The position numbers and the translations under genes are program-made. A stretch of DNA of 64,000 bases from a virus. Lineage: Duplodnaviria; Caudoviricetes. The notes under the pieces are model-generated. The model did not search any database. It saw only the letters and a list, made by a program, of their open reading frames with translations, and was not told where the DNA came from. This document shows, piece by piece, positions 1 to 9,309 of the stretch. Every line of letters begins with the position of its first letter. The stretch's first letter is position 1. The DNA lies in the IMG/VR virus record IMGVR_UViG_3300047283_000054. One strand, written 5' to 3'.

Positions 1-889
1 GCTTTTTAATGCTCCATAGTATTTGATTATATTTTCCATCATATACTAATTTGTCAGATCCTAAATTTGGAGCACTTGAATTAATTTGTTGCTCTGCTCG
101 TTTATAACTTTGAGGCTTGAGATACTTTTTAGCTTCACTAGGCCAGCCGCCTTGAAGAACATTATACAATGATAGTAAACTAAATGCCCAGTCTTCTTTG
201 TTATCAGTTTCCCAACCTTGTTCACCGTGAGGATAAGTAACTAATATCGCACCCTTTTGTATAAGAGTCGGTACATTTAATTTTCTACGGTCAACATTAA
301 ATGTAGTGTTTGAATAGCCTTCCGTTACACCTTGCTCTACACTTTCGCTTGTATAAGTTGCCCCATAACCTACCCAAGCAGGTGCGGTGTAACCTTGGGG
401 AAATTCCTTCAAATGTTGAATAGTTCTGTGCCAACCTTCAATCAAATCATAACCATTGCTCAATTTGGCAACAATGATAGGTTCTTGACTGACGCCCTTT
501 TGTTGGATCATTTTTTGTTGTAATGAATGTCGTTCAGCATCTTTAGGCACCTGATATGGATTACTTGAACCACCCTCACGACTCTGAATCATTCGCTGAG
601 TTTTAGGCGTAAAGATGTCAAGTGTTATAGGTAGTTTTTCTAATTGCCATTTGACTCGACCAAAATCTCGTTGCACTTCATCTAAAAAATCTTCTAAATC
701 TTTTCGATTTTTATTACCTTTTGCCTTAGCATATAAAAAATCTCGTTGCACATATTCAGGCCATTGTGTTCTTGGGAATTTAGACTGAACCCAAGTCCAA
801 AGTTGGTCACGATATTCATTCAAGTTGCTCTCCGCTACACCTGGCTGATTCTGTTCAACAGATTCTGTTAAAAACTCAATTGCTCTCAT
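1..889 (-). CDS. Partial (runs off the window) multi-module protein with a ParB/Srx-like domain; probable internal head protein
   Basis: Not in the ORF track. ATG at 889 overlaps the SOD stop (ATGA) and the frame stays open to position 1. Manual translation: MRAIEFLTESVEQNQPGVAESNLNE...EPIIVAKLSNGYDLIEGWHRT (ParB-like)...EQGVTEG... Confidence 0.75.
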   Translation of the reverse strand, partial: MRAIEFLTESVEQNQPGVAESNLNEYRDQLWTWVQSKFPRTQWPEYVQRDFLYAKAKGNKNRKDLEDFLDEVQRDFGRVKWQLEKLPITLDIFTPKTQRMIQSREGGSSNPYQVPKDAERHSLQQKMIQQKGVSQEPIIVAKLSNGYDLIEGWHRTIQHLKEFPQGYTAPAWVGYGATYTSESVEQGVTEGYSNTTFNVDRRKLNVPTLIQKGAILVTYPHGEQGWETDNKEDWAFSLLSLYNVLQGGWPSEAKKYLKPQSYKRAEQQINSSAPNLGSDKLVYDGKYNQILWSIKK

Positions 890-1440
890 AAACTCTTGCC
901 CCAGCGAGTATTGATTACATTCCAATTGATGATTTTCCATTGCTCTTTTAGATACTTTTGCTTATCACTTCCATAATCTAGTATCCAGGCGTGTTCCCAT
1001 CTATCAACTAATAACAATATATCATTACGTACTTCATGGTTCTTGATTGTTTTAATCTTACCATCAGTTGCTAAGTATACCCAACCTGAGCCTTCTAACT
1101 TCATAAATTCAATTTCAAACTGTTCTTTCATATTATCATATGAACCGTAATGTTTGTTGATAAAGCCCATCATAGGACCATTTGGATTATTTTTATTTCT
1201 AACTTCGCGGAACTGAGGGAACAATGTATTATGTAGGAATGCACCTGCATAATTAAAGTCTTTATTACCCTCACCTTTATTATAACGTTCTGCATAACCT
1301 TTAGCAAGTTTATCATAGTGAAGTTCTATTGTATCTTTACTAAGAACAGGTGCAACTTCACTATCAGTGAAGTTCAGTGGGATAATTTCTATGTCTTGGG
1401 GTTTAGACTTATCTTCAAGTAAAGTAATAAATTCACGCAT
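886..1440 (-). CDS. sod: Fe/Mn superoxide dismutase family protein
   Basis: Metal-ligand motifs TIELHY, AFLHN, GSGWVYL and DRWEHAW. Start moved to the Met at 1440 (MREFITLLE) so the gene does not overlap the upstream one. Confidence 0.9.
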   Translation of the reverse strand: MREFITLLEDKSKPQDIEIIPLNFTDSEVAPVLSKDTIELHYDKLAKGYAERYNKGEGNKDFNYAGAFLHNTLFPQFREVRNKNNPNGPMMGFINKHYGSYDNMKEQFEIEFMKLEGSGWVYLATDGKIKTIKNHEVRNDILLLVDRWEHAWILDYGSDKQKYLKEQWKIINWNVINTRWGKSL

Positions 1441-1460
1441 ATTTAAGTAATACCTTTTAT

Positions 1461-2258
1461 TTAACCTTGTACCCAAGTTAATGGCTGACTGTAATCTACA
1501 TAGCGTTTTAGTTCATCGTATAGTTGTTCCATTGCGGCTTTACCTTCAGCTTTCATAGCTGTGCCGTTTAATGTTGTGCCACCACCTGGACCTGCGATAG
1601 TACCAAACTTCTCACGTGCCTCACCAATGATTAGTTTAAGATTAGCTAAGATAAAGTCACCAATCCATACACCTGCACCCGGGTCTTGTAGTAACACTTC
1701 TTCTGGTCTTTGAACGTCAGCCCAAATAAGAACACGCTCACCACTACCTTTTGGATCACGAACAATACGTATAACTTTTGTAACTGGGTCGAATGTGTAG
1801 ATTACATATCCACCGAACATACGTGCGGCTAGTTCTACATAACCAGCATAGAAGTCATATGTTGCCATACCACCTGCATAGTTATAGTTCAATAGATAAG
1901 TGTTTAATATAGCTGAACTGAATGGATCAAAACTACTTGCACCTGGACCAGTTTCTAATCCAACTGTTCTACGATAGATACAACGAACATTGATAAACTC
2001 CTGAGGCAGTGTGTAAGTATCTACATTTTTTACAACTGTCATTAGTGTGTATGATTCAGCCGTAGCATTTTGCGCTCGTTGACGATATACTTTGATAGCA
2101 TAGTTATATGCCGCTTCATAGTGTTGAGGATCTAACTCAAGGTCAATGATTCCATCACCTAAACGATAACGAAGGTTTTGAAATAATGCTTGTTTCAATT
2201 CATCTAGGGTTAGTCCAGATGGTGTAGAAAGAATGTTTGCTGTTGCAGATATAGTCAT
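1461..2258 (-). CDS. T4 gp13-like neck protein
   Basis: LELDPQHYE N-terminal region and C-terminal IGEAREKF...GPGGGTTLNG motif typical of gp13; preceded by the late promoter. Confidence 0.8.
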   Translation of the reverse strand: MTISATANILSTPSGLTLDELKQALFQNLRYRLGDGIIDLELDPQHYEAAYNYAIKVYRQRAQNATAESYTLMTVVKNVDTYTLPQEFINVRCIYRRTVGLETGPGASSFDPFSSAILNTYLLNYNYAGGMATYDFYAGYVELAARMFGGYVIYTFDPVTKVIRIVRDPKGSGERVLIWADVQRPEEVLLQDPGAGVWIGDFILANLKLIIGEAREKFGTIAGPGGGTTLNGTAMKAEGKAAMEQLYDELKRYVDYSQPLTWVQG

Positions 2259-2260
2259 AT

Positions 2261-2293
2261 TAGTTTCCTGATGTTGTATTTATCAGGAAACTA
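2261..2293 (-). promoter_or_regulatory. Late promoter GATAAATA inside an 11-bp perfect hairpin that covers the gp13 Shine-Dalgarno
   Basis: Minus strand TAGTTTCCTGA-TAAATACAACA-TCAGGAAACTA-AT-ATG. Confidence 0.8.
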
Positions 2294-2300
2294 TTGGTCT

Positions 2301-2720
2301 TTAGATATCACCCTCTTTTCTATTTTCACTGTAATGTGCGTCAAAAGTGCCGCCGGGATAGCGTGATTCTAATTTACGCACGTTTTCATCAATAACATCA
2401 TTTGGATCAAGATTCAATGCACGACAAGCATTAATCCAATACCACATAACATCACCTAACTCACGTTTTAAATGAAACACCTCAGCTTCAGTCAGTGGCT
2501 TACCCTGAAAAAACATCTTCTTGGGCACTTCGATAAACTCACCACCTTCAGCCGCTAATCCTAAACAAGCGGTTAATAACAATGGGACATTGATACTAGG
2601 ACCACCATCATTACCGTCAAGTTCATCACAACGGTTCATAAATGTAGTCAAGTCATTACTTGCTTCACTGGTTACTGCTTCTACAAAATCTTTGTATTTG
2701 TTTAAATCAATATTACTCAT
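2301..2720 (-). CDS. mazG: MazG-like nucleoside triphosphate pyrophosphohydrolase
   Basis: GLAAEGGEFIEVPKK and ELGDVMWY motifs; NVRKLESRYP. Confidence 0.85.
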   Translation of the reverse strand: MSNIDLNKYKDFVEAVTSEASNDLTTFMNRCDELDGNDGGPSINVPLLLTACLGLAAEGGEFIEVPKKMFFQGKPLTEAEVFHLKRELGDVMWYWINACRALNLDPNDVIDENVRKLESRYPGGTFDAHYSENRKEGDI

Positions 2721-3886
2721 TAAAATGCCTTCAGTATAATCATATTCTCATTAAAGCGGCCATTAGATGCAGTAGCTACTGCTTTGATATCGTTAAAGTA
2801 TTTACGAGCTGCCGGCTTGCTTCCCATAATTTCTTTAAGTTGCTCTGCAGGCTTACGTAATGTTTTAACTTCGCTTTTTGCTGTATCAAATCCTAGTAAT
2901 GTATTACCTTTAACAGTAAATGCTTTGCTGTAATCATCGGCAATATAGTGATGCAGTTTGCGTTTTGCACTATCATACACCCACGCTTCACTTGCTCCGT
3001 GAAGTTTGATAGGACTAATGCTCACTAAGTCAAGCTTACTTGCAGTATCTTTAAATGTTTTCAAATACTTTAATTTAGATACAATCTTCTCGACCGGTAC
3101 TGCTTTACGTGCCCTTGGAGCTTTTGCGGCTTTTTTAACACTGATGTAACTGTTCAAGTCATTTATAACCAACTCAATGAACTTTACAATGTTCTTAACC
3201 TGAGTTTTAGTTAAATGATTGTAGCCTTGAACAAGTTGTGCATCGGTACCTTTAAGCAACTCCTCAAACTCATTCAATTTCTTTTTCCATACTTCAGTTA
3301 AAATACTGATATGTTGTGGCATCACATTCTTTTTAGCGACTTCATCCATAGGACGTAGTGTATGCTTTGTAGGTGCACCGGATGTGATGAACTCATCAAA
3401 CAATCCTTCAAGCTCGCCTGCGGCTTCACGTGCTTTATCTTTTAATATTTCCTGAATGTTGGGTCGAGCAGGTGCTACAACTTCAACTTTTTCTTCTTCG
3501 GGTTTGTGTACTAACTTTAACAAACGATTGATTTCGTTTTCGAGGGTCAATTCCTCGTGTTCGGTTAATGATAATCCACGTAACTGCATACGTGCCAACC
3601 AGCATAATGTCAATAGAAACTCATTTTCGTGGACTCTACGCATAATCTTAGAATCGTTTGTGCGTTTATTATATTCTAAGTATTGGGACAATAATTCCTT
3701 AGCATCTTTCTTGCCATAAAAACGATTGTACCAAGTAAAACTACGCATTAGTGTGACCCTGCGTTTATCCTCATCGGGTTGTACTACGAATAATGGTTCA
3801 TCCCCATAATGTTGTACATCTACATCCCGTGGATTCAATGCTTTAACTAAACTGTGGTCCTCTGTATTACGCTTACGTGTTGCCAT
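2720..3886 (-). CDS. Hypothetical phage protein (early)
   Basis: Long ORF. Start at 3886 is supported by SD AAGGAG and a consensus sigma70 promoter. Confidence 0.7.
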   Translation of the reverse strand: MATRKRNTEDHSLVKALNPRDVDVQHYGDEPLFVVQPDEDKRRVTLMRSFTWYNRFYGKKDAKELLSQYLEYNKRTNDSKIMRRVHENEFLLTLCWLARMQLRGLSLTEHEELTLENEINRLLKLVHKPEEEKVEVVAPARPNIQEILKDKAREAAGELEGLFDEFITSGAPTKHTLRPMDEVAKKNVMPQHISILTEVWKKKLNEFEELLKGTDAQLVQGYNHLTKTQVKNIVKFIELVINDLNSYISVKKAAKAPRARKAVPVEKIVSKLKYLKTFKDTASKLDLVSISPIKLHGASEAWVYDSAKRKLHHYIADDYSKAFTVKGNTLLGFDTAKSEVKTLRKPAEQLKEIMGSKPAARKYFNDIKAVATASNGRFNENMIILKAF

Positions 3887-3913
3887 TAGGCACTCCTTTA
3901 CTAATATTTGATT

Positions 3914-3942
3914 ATTATAACACAATCCATATTTATTGTCAA
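3914..3942 (-). promoter_or_regulatory. Early sigma70-type promoter (TTGACAATAAAT class)
   Basis: TTGACA-17 nt-TATAAT. Confidence 0.85.
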
Positions 3943-3969
3943 CCTTAGGATTCAAGCGTAGGACATTGC

Positions 3970-3977
3970 GATAAATA
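3970..3977 (+). promoter_or_regulatory. T4-like late promoter GATAAATA
   Basis: 5 nt upstream of the ATG at 3983; the motif recurs before many structural genes. Confidence 0.75.
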
Positions 3978-3982
3978 CTATT

Positions 3983-5689
3983 ATGCCAAAGTTATCCTTA
4001 TACCGCCCAAATAAACAGAATGATTATCGTTTCTTTGATAGAACAATATCCGAAGAATTACGTGTTGGCGGCACGGATTTATACATTCACAAGTATTTAG
4101 GTCCAACTAATCAAGGACCTAGTATTGATTATACTCAACCAGAATATGATAGTTTAAATCCACTGAATATTCAGGATTTATTATTCTTAGAGAATAGAGA
4201 TAGAACATATGATCCAAACATTTATAGATTACGTGGTCACTATAATGTACAGAATTTAGACTTTGATTTAAGTCAGTTTGGTTTGTTTTTGAATAATGAT
4301 ATTATCTTTATCAATGTTCATTATAATGATATGATTGATATTGTTGGTCGGAAACTAATGGTAGGTGACGTGTTAGAATTACCTCACTTATTAGATTATA
4401 ATCCATTACAAGAAACTATTCCAGTAGCATTAAAACGTTTTTATAGTATTACTGATGCTAATTATTCAAGTGAAGGATTTAGTCAAACTTGGTATCCGCA
4501 TATGTGGCGTATTAAATGTGAGCCATTAGTTGATAGTGAAGAATTTAGTCAGATATTAGTTGAGCCAATTAACCAAGATAATTATTTAGGAATATGGGAT
4601 CCCACTAAAGTATATCCAGCTGGTTATGTAATGACGTTTGGTGATAAAAATTATATCAGTAAAATAGAAGTTCCGGCTGGCACTATGCCACCAAATACAA
4701 CATATTGGGAGTTAGACACGGCCTCAAATCTTAAAGATATTCTTGCAACTTATAATAAAAATATTGCAATCAACAATGCGGCATTACAAGAAGCTGAACG
4801 ACTTGTACCTAAATCAGGTTACGATCAAAACAACTTATATGTTGTGCCTACGTATGGTACGTTTGAAACTAACACAGAATTATCAGGTAAATACAATCAA
4901 CCTGCACCACCTATAAATGTTGTGGTGCCTAACCCAGGTCCACCAGTTGCTACTGTTTCAATGGTACAGTCTTCATTGTACAGAACTGCCAGTCCTGTAT
5001 TAAGAATTTCGGCAGCATCGGCACAGGCTATTTGGGACATGACTGTTGATGGTGGTGTAGTTGCGCCTAGGTCAACACTTTCATTAACAACTACATCACT
5101 TTTACCCACACTGACTGACTCTGGTTCAGGACCGGTGTCTGGCTATACTGTATTAACTGTTGATAGTATTGGTTATAATATCACAGGTCCATATGGTACT
5201 GCTGATAATACATATGCGACTGCTGACCAGAATCCAGTAGCACCAAACTTTACTGGAACTGAACCATACGGTCCTAACACAATGGACTATCGTGCTGACT
5301 GTGATCCTCGATTCCAGTTCATTGCACGTAGTAGTCCACGTAGCTTCGGTTATAGTGCAGGTTATTTAGCCGGTGACGGGAATGCGCCAAACGGATTCCC
5401 AACAGGTGCAGGTATTGCGTTCCCACAAAATCCACAGGTAGGAGATTACTTCTTACGTATTGATTACTTGCCACAACTATTATATCGTTGGGACGGTCGT
5501 CTATGGGTAAGAATATCTGAGAACGTAAGAACACAAACTGGTATGACTGATGGAGATTTGTCACAACAATCTAGCTTTATAAATAATAGTAACGTAACAG
5601 TATTGACTGACGGAACAACGACAACACAAAGTCAAGCATTGTCAACAATACTTACAATTGCACCAGATCCAATACCCCCGCAACCTTAA
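3983..5689 (+). CDS. T4 gp14-like neck/head-completion protein with long C-terminal extension
   Basis: DLLFLENRDR, FDLSQFGLFL and GDVLELPH motifs; internal WDPTKVYPAG...YWE CBM-like segment; lies next to a gp15-like gene. Confidence 0.65.
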   Translation: MPKLSLYRPNKQNDYRFFDRTISEELRVGGTDLYIHKYLGPTNQGPSIDYTQPEYDSLNPLNIQDLLFLENRDRTYDPNIYRLRGHYNVQNLDFDLSQFGLFLNNDIIFINVHYNDMIDIVGRKLMVGDVLELPHLLDYNPLQETIPVALKRFYSITDANYSSEGFSQTWYPHMWRIKCEPLVDSEEFSQILVEPINQDNYLGIWDPTKVYPAGYVMTFGDKNYISKIEVPAGTMPPNTTYWELDTASNLKDILATYNKNIAINNAALQEAERLVPKSGYDQNNLYVVPTYGTFETNTELSGKYNQPAPPINVVVPNPGPPVATVSMVQSSLYRTASPVLRISAASAQAIWDMTVDGGVVAPRSTLSLTTTSLLPTLTDSGSGPVSGYTVLTVDSIGYNITGPYGTADNTYATADQNPVAPNFTGTEPYGPNTMDYRADCDPRFQFIARSSPRSFGYSAGYLAGDGNAPNGFPTGAGIAFPQNPQVGDYFLRIDYLPQLLYRWDGRLWVRISENVRTQTGMTDGDLSQQSSFINNSNVTVLTDGTTTTQSQALSTILTIAPDPIPPQP

Positions 5690-5698
5690 AGAATATAA

Positions 5699-7075
5699 AT
5701 GGCACAATTTTTCTACGACAATCAGATACGCAGATTTTTAATACAGTTTGCAAAAATATTCAGTTCTTGGCAAGTGACTAAAGGAAAAGATCCTGCAGGC
5801 AATGAAATACTAGTTCGTGTACCTATTATGTACGGCGATAGTAGTCGTCAAGCTAGTACCATCATTGCTAACAATAGTGCAAGTAACTTACCAAGTGCAC
5901 CATTGATTACATACTATATCAGTGCGTTAGAGTATGACCAGAGTCGTACACAGGATCCTACATTTATTGACAAGATGCAGGTTCGTCAACGTAGTTATAA
6001 TACTGAAACACAACAATATGAACAAGTGCAGGGTCAAGCATTTACAGTTGAACGACTAATGCCGGTACCCTATACATTGCGTATTACGGTAGACTTCTGG
6101 ACTACTAACTACCAACAAAAACTAGAGTTGATGGAACAATTAGGAACATTATTCAATCCATCATTAGAAATACAAAGTACTGATAACTTTATTGACTGGA
6201 CAAGTTTGAGTGTTGTATACCAAGATGGTATAACATTTACCAGTCGCAGTATTCCACAAGGTACAGGTAATCCTATTGATGTATTAAGTTGGAAGTTTTA
6301 TATGCCAATATGGTTGAGTAATGCCGCTAAACTTAAAAAGATGGGTGTTATTGAAAAAGTCATTGCAAGTATCTTTAAAGGTCAAGCATTAGAAGATATA
6401 CAAGATGATGATTTATTATTGGGGACTAGACAAAAGATTACACCATATGGATATAAGTTGTTACTGATTGGTAATAGACTTCAACTACTGCCAGCAGATG
6501 AAGCATTTTATCCAAGTAATGAAAGTTTAGATTATCCACCACCACCTGACACAAGTTTATATTGGAGTAGTTTATTAAATGTGTATGGAACAATAAGACC
6601 GGGCATAAGTCAGATATGGTTACAAAATCCATTTATGACTACCGATATTGTTGGTACTATCGTTCCTGATCCAACAGATGATAGATTGTTAATATATGAT
6701 ATTGATACTGACACCCTGCCACAAAACACATTGGATCCTGTAGACAGCGTGATTAACCCATTAGTCACAGGACCAAACGCAGGACTTCCGGGACCAATCA
6801 ACGGACGTAGATATCTTATTGTTGAAGATGTAGGTAGTCCGGGTAATAGTACTATTGCTTGGGGAGCATTGATTGCGAATGCAAATGATATCGTTGAGTT
6901 TGACGCAACATCAGGTGAATGGTTTGTATCCTTTGATAGTCAATCTGCTACTACAGTAGAATACGTAACCAATCTTACTACTGATTTGCAATATAGATTT
7001 GATTATATCAACAATGTTTGGATGAAGTCATATGAAGGTTGGTACGCCCAAGGGGATTATTCTATCGTAATCTAA
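5699..7075 (+). CDS. T4 gp15-like tail sheath stabiliser/terminator
   Basis: FFYDNQIRRFLIQFAKIFS, VPIMYG, MPVPY and QKLELMEQL...FNP motifs. Confidence 0.75.
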   Translation: MAQFFYDNQIRRFLIQFAKIFSSWQVTKGKDPAGNEILVRVPIMYGDSSRQASTIIANNSASNLPSAPLITYYISALEYDQSRTQDPTFIDKMQVRQRSYNTETQQYEQVQGQAFTVERLMPVPYTLRITVDFWTTNYQQKLELMEQLGTLFNPSLEIQSTDNFIDWTSLSVVYQDGITFTSRSIPQGTGNPIDVLSWKFYMPIWLSNAAKLKKMGVIEKVIASIFKGQALEDIQDDDLLLGTRQKITPYGYKLLLIGNRLQLLPADEAFYPSNESLDYPPPPDTSLYWSSLLNVYGTIRPGISQIWLQNPFMTTDIVGTIVPDPTDDRLLIYDIDTDTLPQNTLDPVDSVINPLVTGPNAGLPGPINGRRYLIVEDVGSPGNSTIAWGALIANANDIVEFDATSGEWFVSFDSQSATTVEYVTNLTTDLQYRFDYINNVWMKSYEGWYAQGDYSIVI

Positions 7076-7094
7076 TACTGTGATAAATCATAGT

Positions 7095-7511
7095 ATGAAC
7101 AATATTTCTGCAGGTATCTTTTTCTATTCTGAAAATACAAAACGTTTCCTATACCTGCTACGAAATGACAATAAGAATCCAGGTAACTGGGGTATACCCG
7201 GTGGTAAAATAGAAACTGGTGAAACGTTACTTGAAGGTTTACAGCGTGAATGTATGGAAGAAGTAAATTACTTTCCCGAACACGCTAAACTTGTACCCAT
7301 TCAGAAGTTTGTCAATAATACATTTACCTATCATACATTCTTTTGTAAAGTAACTGATGAATTTACCCCTGTATTAAACGATGAACATTGTGGTTATGCT
7401 TGGGTAGGCAACAAGCAATATCCTAAACCATTACATCCAGGATTATTTAATACAGTAAACTTTGATGTTGTTCAGAAAAAATTAAACGCACTTACAAAAA
7501 AAGAGACCTAA
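7095..7511 (+). CDS. NUDIX hydrolase
   Basis: NUDIX box GGKIETGETLLEGLQRECMEEV. Confidence 0.9.
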   Translation: MNNISAGIFFYSENTKRFLYLLRNDNKNPGNWGIPGGKIETGETLLEGLQRECMEEVNYFPEHAKLVPIQKFVNNTFTYHTFFCKVTDEFTPVLNDEHCGYAWVGNKQYPKPLHPGLFNTVNFDVVQKKLNALTKKET

Positions 7512-7522
7512 GTCTCTTTTTT
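7496..7522. terminator. Bidirectional intrinsic terminator between convergent genes
   Basis: AAAAAAAGAGAC-CTAA-GTCTCTTTTTT. Confidence 0.75.
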
Positions 7523-7832
7523 ATTTTAGCAGTTTTGCTATTGTATCAAAACCAAGTGAACCTATTACTATACCTGCCCCCATCATCATCCAGCGCCATT
7601 TTTCAAGCGCAGAGATTTTGTCAGACATAGACTTATGAGCTCCTGCACTAGCTTCTTTCATTTCTTTAAGAAGCTTGTGTGTATCTTCGTTGTTCTTTGC
7701 CATACAAGTATTAACATCTTTGATATCAGCTTTGATTTCACTGATATCATTTGTGATATTTTGTACTTGTACTTGAAGTACTGCGATGTCTGTTTCAGTC
7801 TTTGGCATTTTAATAGTTTTTGTTACCATCAT
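7521..7832 (-). CDS. Coiled-coil protein with C-terminal transmembrane helix (XhlA/holin-like)
   Basis: Heptad coiled coil followed by WRWMMMGAGIVIGSLG. Confidence 0.5.
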   Translation of the reverse strand: MMVTKTIKMPKTETDIAVLQVQVQNITNDISEIKADIKDVNTCMAKNNEDTHKLLKEMKEASAGAHKSMSDKISALEKWRWMMMGAGIVIGSLGFDTIAKLLK

Positions 7833-7834
7833 GA

Positions 7835-9205
7835 TTAAGCATTAGCAATCGTAACGATTGGGTTAGGCTGACCGTCATATGTATTAGCGGCGTATGCTGT
7901 ATTGAATGTAGCGATAACATCAGGGTTAACACTATAAACAACAGCAGTTCCTGTACCACTACCTGCACCAGTAGCAAGGAATGTAACACCTGTCATATTA
8001 GATGCTGATCCAACTAGTGACCAATCTGTCGTTCCTGTGCTGTAAATTGTGTACAATGTACCTGCACTTAATGAACCTGCATCAACTTGCGTTGGGAACA
8101 CTTCACTGTTGTAATCATTAACACTTGAAACATATGCTGTAGCAGTGGCTGCGTCAGTAGACAAGATGTTCATTGTGTTTGGTGTCAATGCTGTGTTAGC
8201 AACGTTTGCTGTATAGCATTGTGCTACTAAACCAGTTGTTCCACCTTGAACCAAATACTTTGTCTTACCTTTTTGACGTAAGATGAAACCAGCTTCGTCA
8301 TCAGCATAAACGTAATTCTGACCTAAGCCAGTGATAGTTGCAGATGCGTTTGCTGCCAATGTAATGCTATCTTGCAATGCATCAGGCGTACCTGTTGCGG
8401 CTGTCATAACTTTTGGTGCACCACCTAGTGTTGCAGAAACAGTAAATGCGGCTGCATTAGGAGTTGAATTAACAAAGTATGTTGTACCTGCTACCAATGT
8501 ACCTAAGCTTGCACTGAATGATACTGGCTGATCAACTGCTAATGTTAATGCATTACCTGTTGTACCAATAACGTTACCAGAAACAACTGTGTTAGCAACT
8601 GCAACTGATACATAACCAAATGTAGATGTAGCAAATCCTAAGTTAGTAGTTGTACCGTATGCATCAACTGCTTGAATTGCTGAACCAGTAGACAATGTAT
8701 TGGCAAAGTCAGTACCTGCACCATAAACTAATGCGCTTGCGTCACTTGAATAAATGTTACCTGTACCAGAGATACCGATAGCTACACGTGGTAGAACTTG
8801 TGAACCAATGATAGCTGTATTACCACCAACTACACCATATGTATTAGCGTTAGTTGATGGGAAACCTACACCACCGTCTGGGTTATTGAAGTATGCATCA
8901 ACAACACCAACTGACATTGATACTGAACCACCTGTTGTATCAGTTAATGTTACTGCTGTGCGTGTTGTGTTTGCGCTTAAATCAGTAGCAGAGGCTGTGA
9001 AATTATTAGCATCGATAACTGTTAGTACCCAGTATGTTGTATTAGCTGTTAGACCACCTACAGTAGTAGCTACTACGAATGGCATACCTGCGATAACGCC
9101 GGTTGTTGTTAGACTTTCAGTTACAGTAACAGCACCTGTTGCCGCTGTTGTATCTGTGATTGTTAAGACTGCTTGAGCCTTTGCGATTTTTAGAGGACGT
9201 CCCAT
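7835..9205 (-). CDS. Virion structural protein (Thr/Ala/Gly-rich, beta-rich)
   Basis: Composition; two similar GLTANTTYWV / TLVAGTTYFV repeats; late promoter upstream. Confidence 0.6.
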   Translation of the reverse strand: MGRPLKIAKAQAVLTITDTTAATGAVTVTESLTTTGVIAGMPFVVATTVGGLTANTTYWVLTVIDANNFTASATDLSANTTRTAVTLTDTTGGSVSMSVGVVDAYFNNPDGGVGFPSTNANTYGVVGGNTAIIGSQVLPRVAIGISGTGNIYSSDASALVYGAGTDFANTLSTGSAIQAVDAYGTTTNLGFATSTFGYVSVAVANTVVSGNVIGTTGNALTLAVDQPVSFSASLGTLVAGTTYFVNSTPNAAAFTVSATLGGAPKVMTAATGTPDALQDSITLAANASATITGLGQNYVYADDEAGFILRQKGKTKYLVQGGTTGLVAQCYTANVANTALTPNTMNILSTDAATATAYVSSVNDYNSEVFPTQVDAGSLSAGTLYTIYSTGTTDWSLVGSASNMTGVTFLATGAGSGTGTAVVYSVNPDVIATFNTAYAANTYDGQPNPIVTIANA

Positions 9206-9226
9206 TTGTTTTTCCTTTGATAAAAT

Positions 9227-9298
9227 TAGCGGGTTCTAGCCGCTACGCAGTGGGTTACTGCATAAACTCTCCGAATGAGAGTGTATGATGTATTTATC
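9227..9298 (-). ncRNA. Candidate structured 5' leader (three tandem hairpins) downstream of late promoter GATAAATA
   Basis: Minus strand ACTCTC-ATTCG-GAGAGT, TATGCAGT-AACCC-ACTGCGTA, TAGCGG-CTAGAAC-CCGCTA; promoter at 9291-9298. Confidence 0.55.
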
Positions 9299-9309
9299 AG
9301 TTTTGGTTA

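Noticed and set aside
9206-9300. tRNA in the GC-rich intergenic segment
   Set aside because: There is no acceptor stem closing the three hairpins and no canonical T-arm/D-arm pattern. It is better explained as an mRNA leader.
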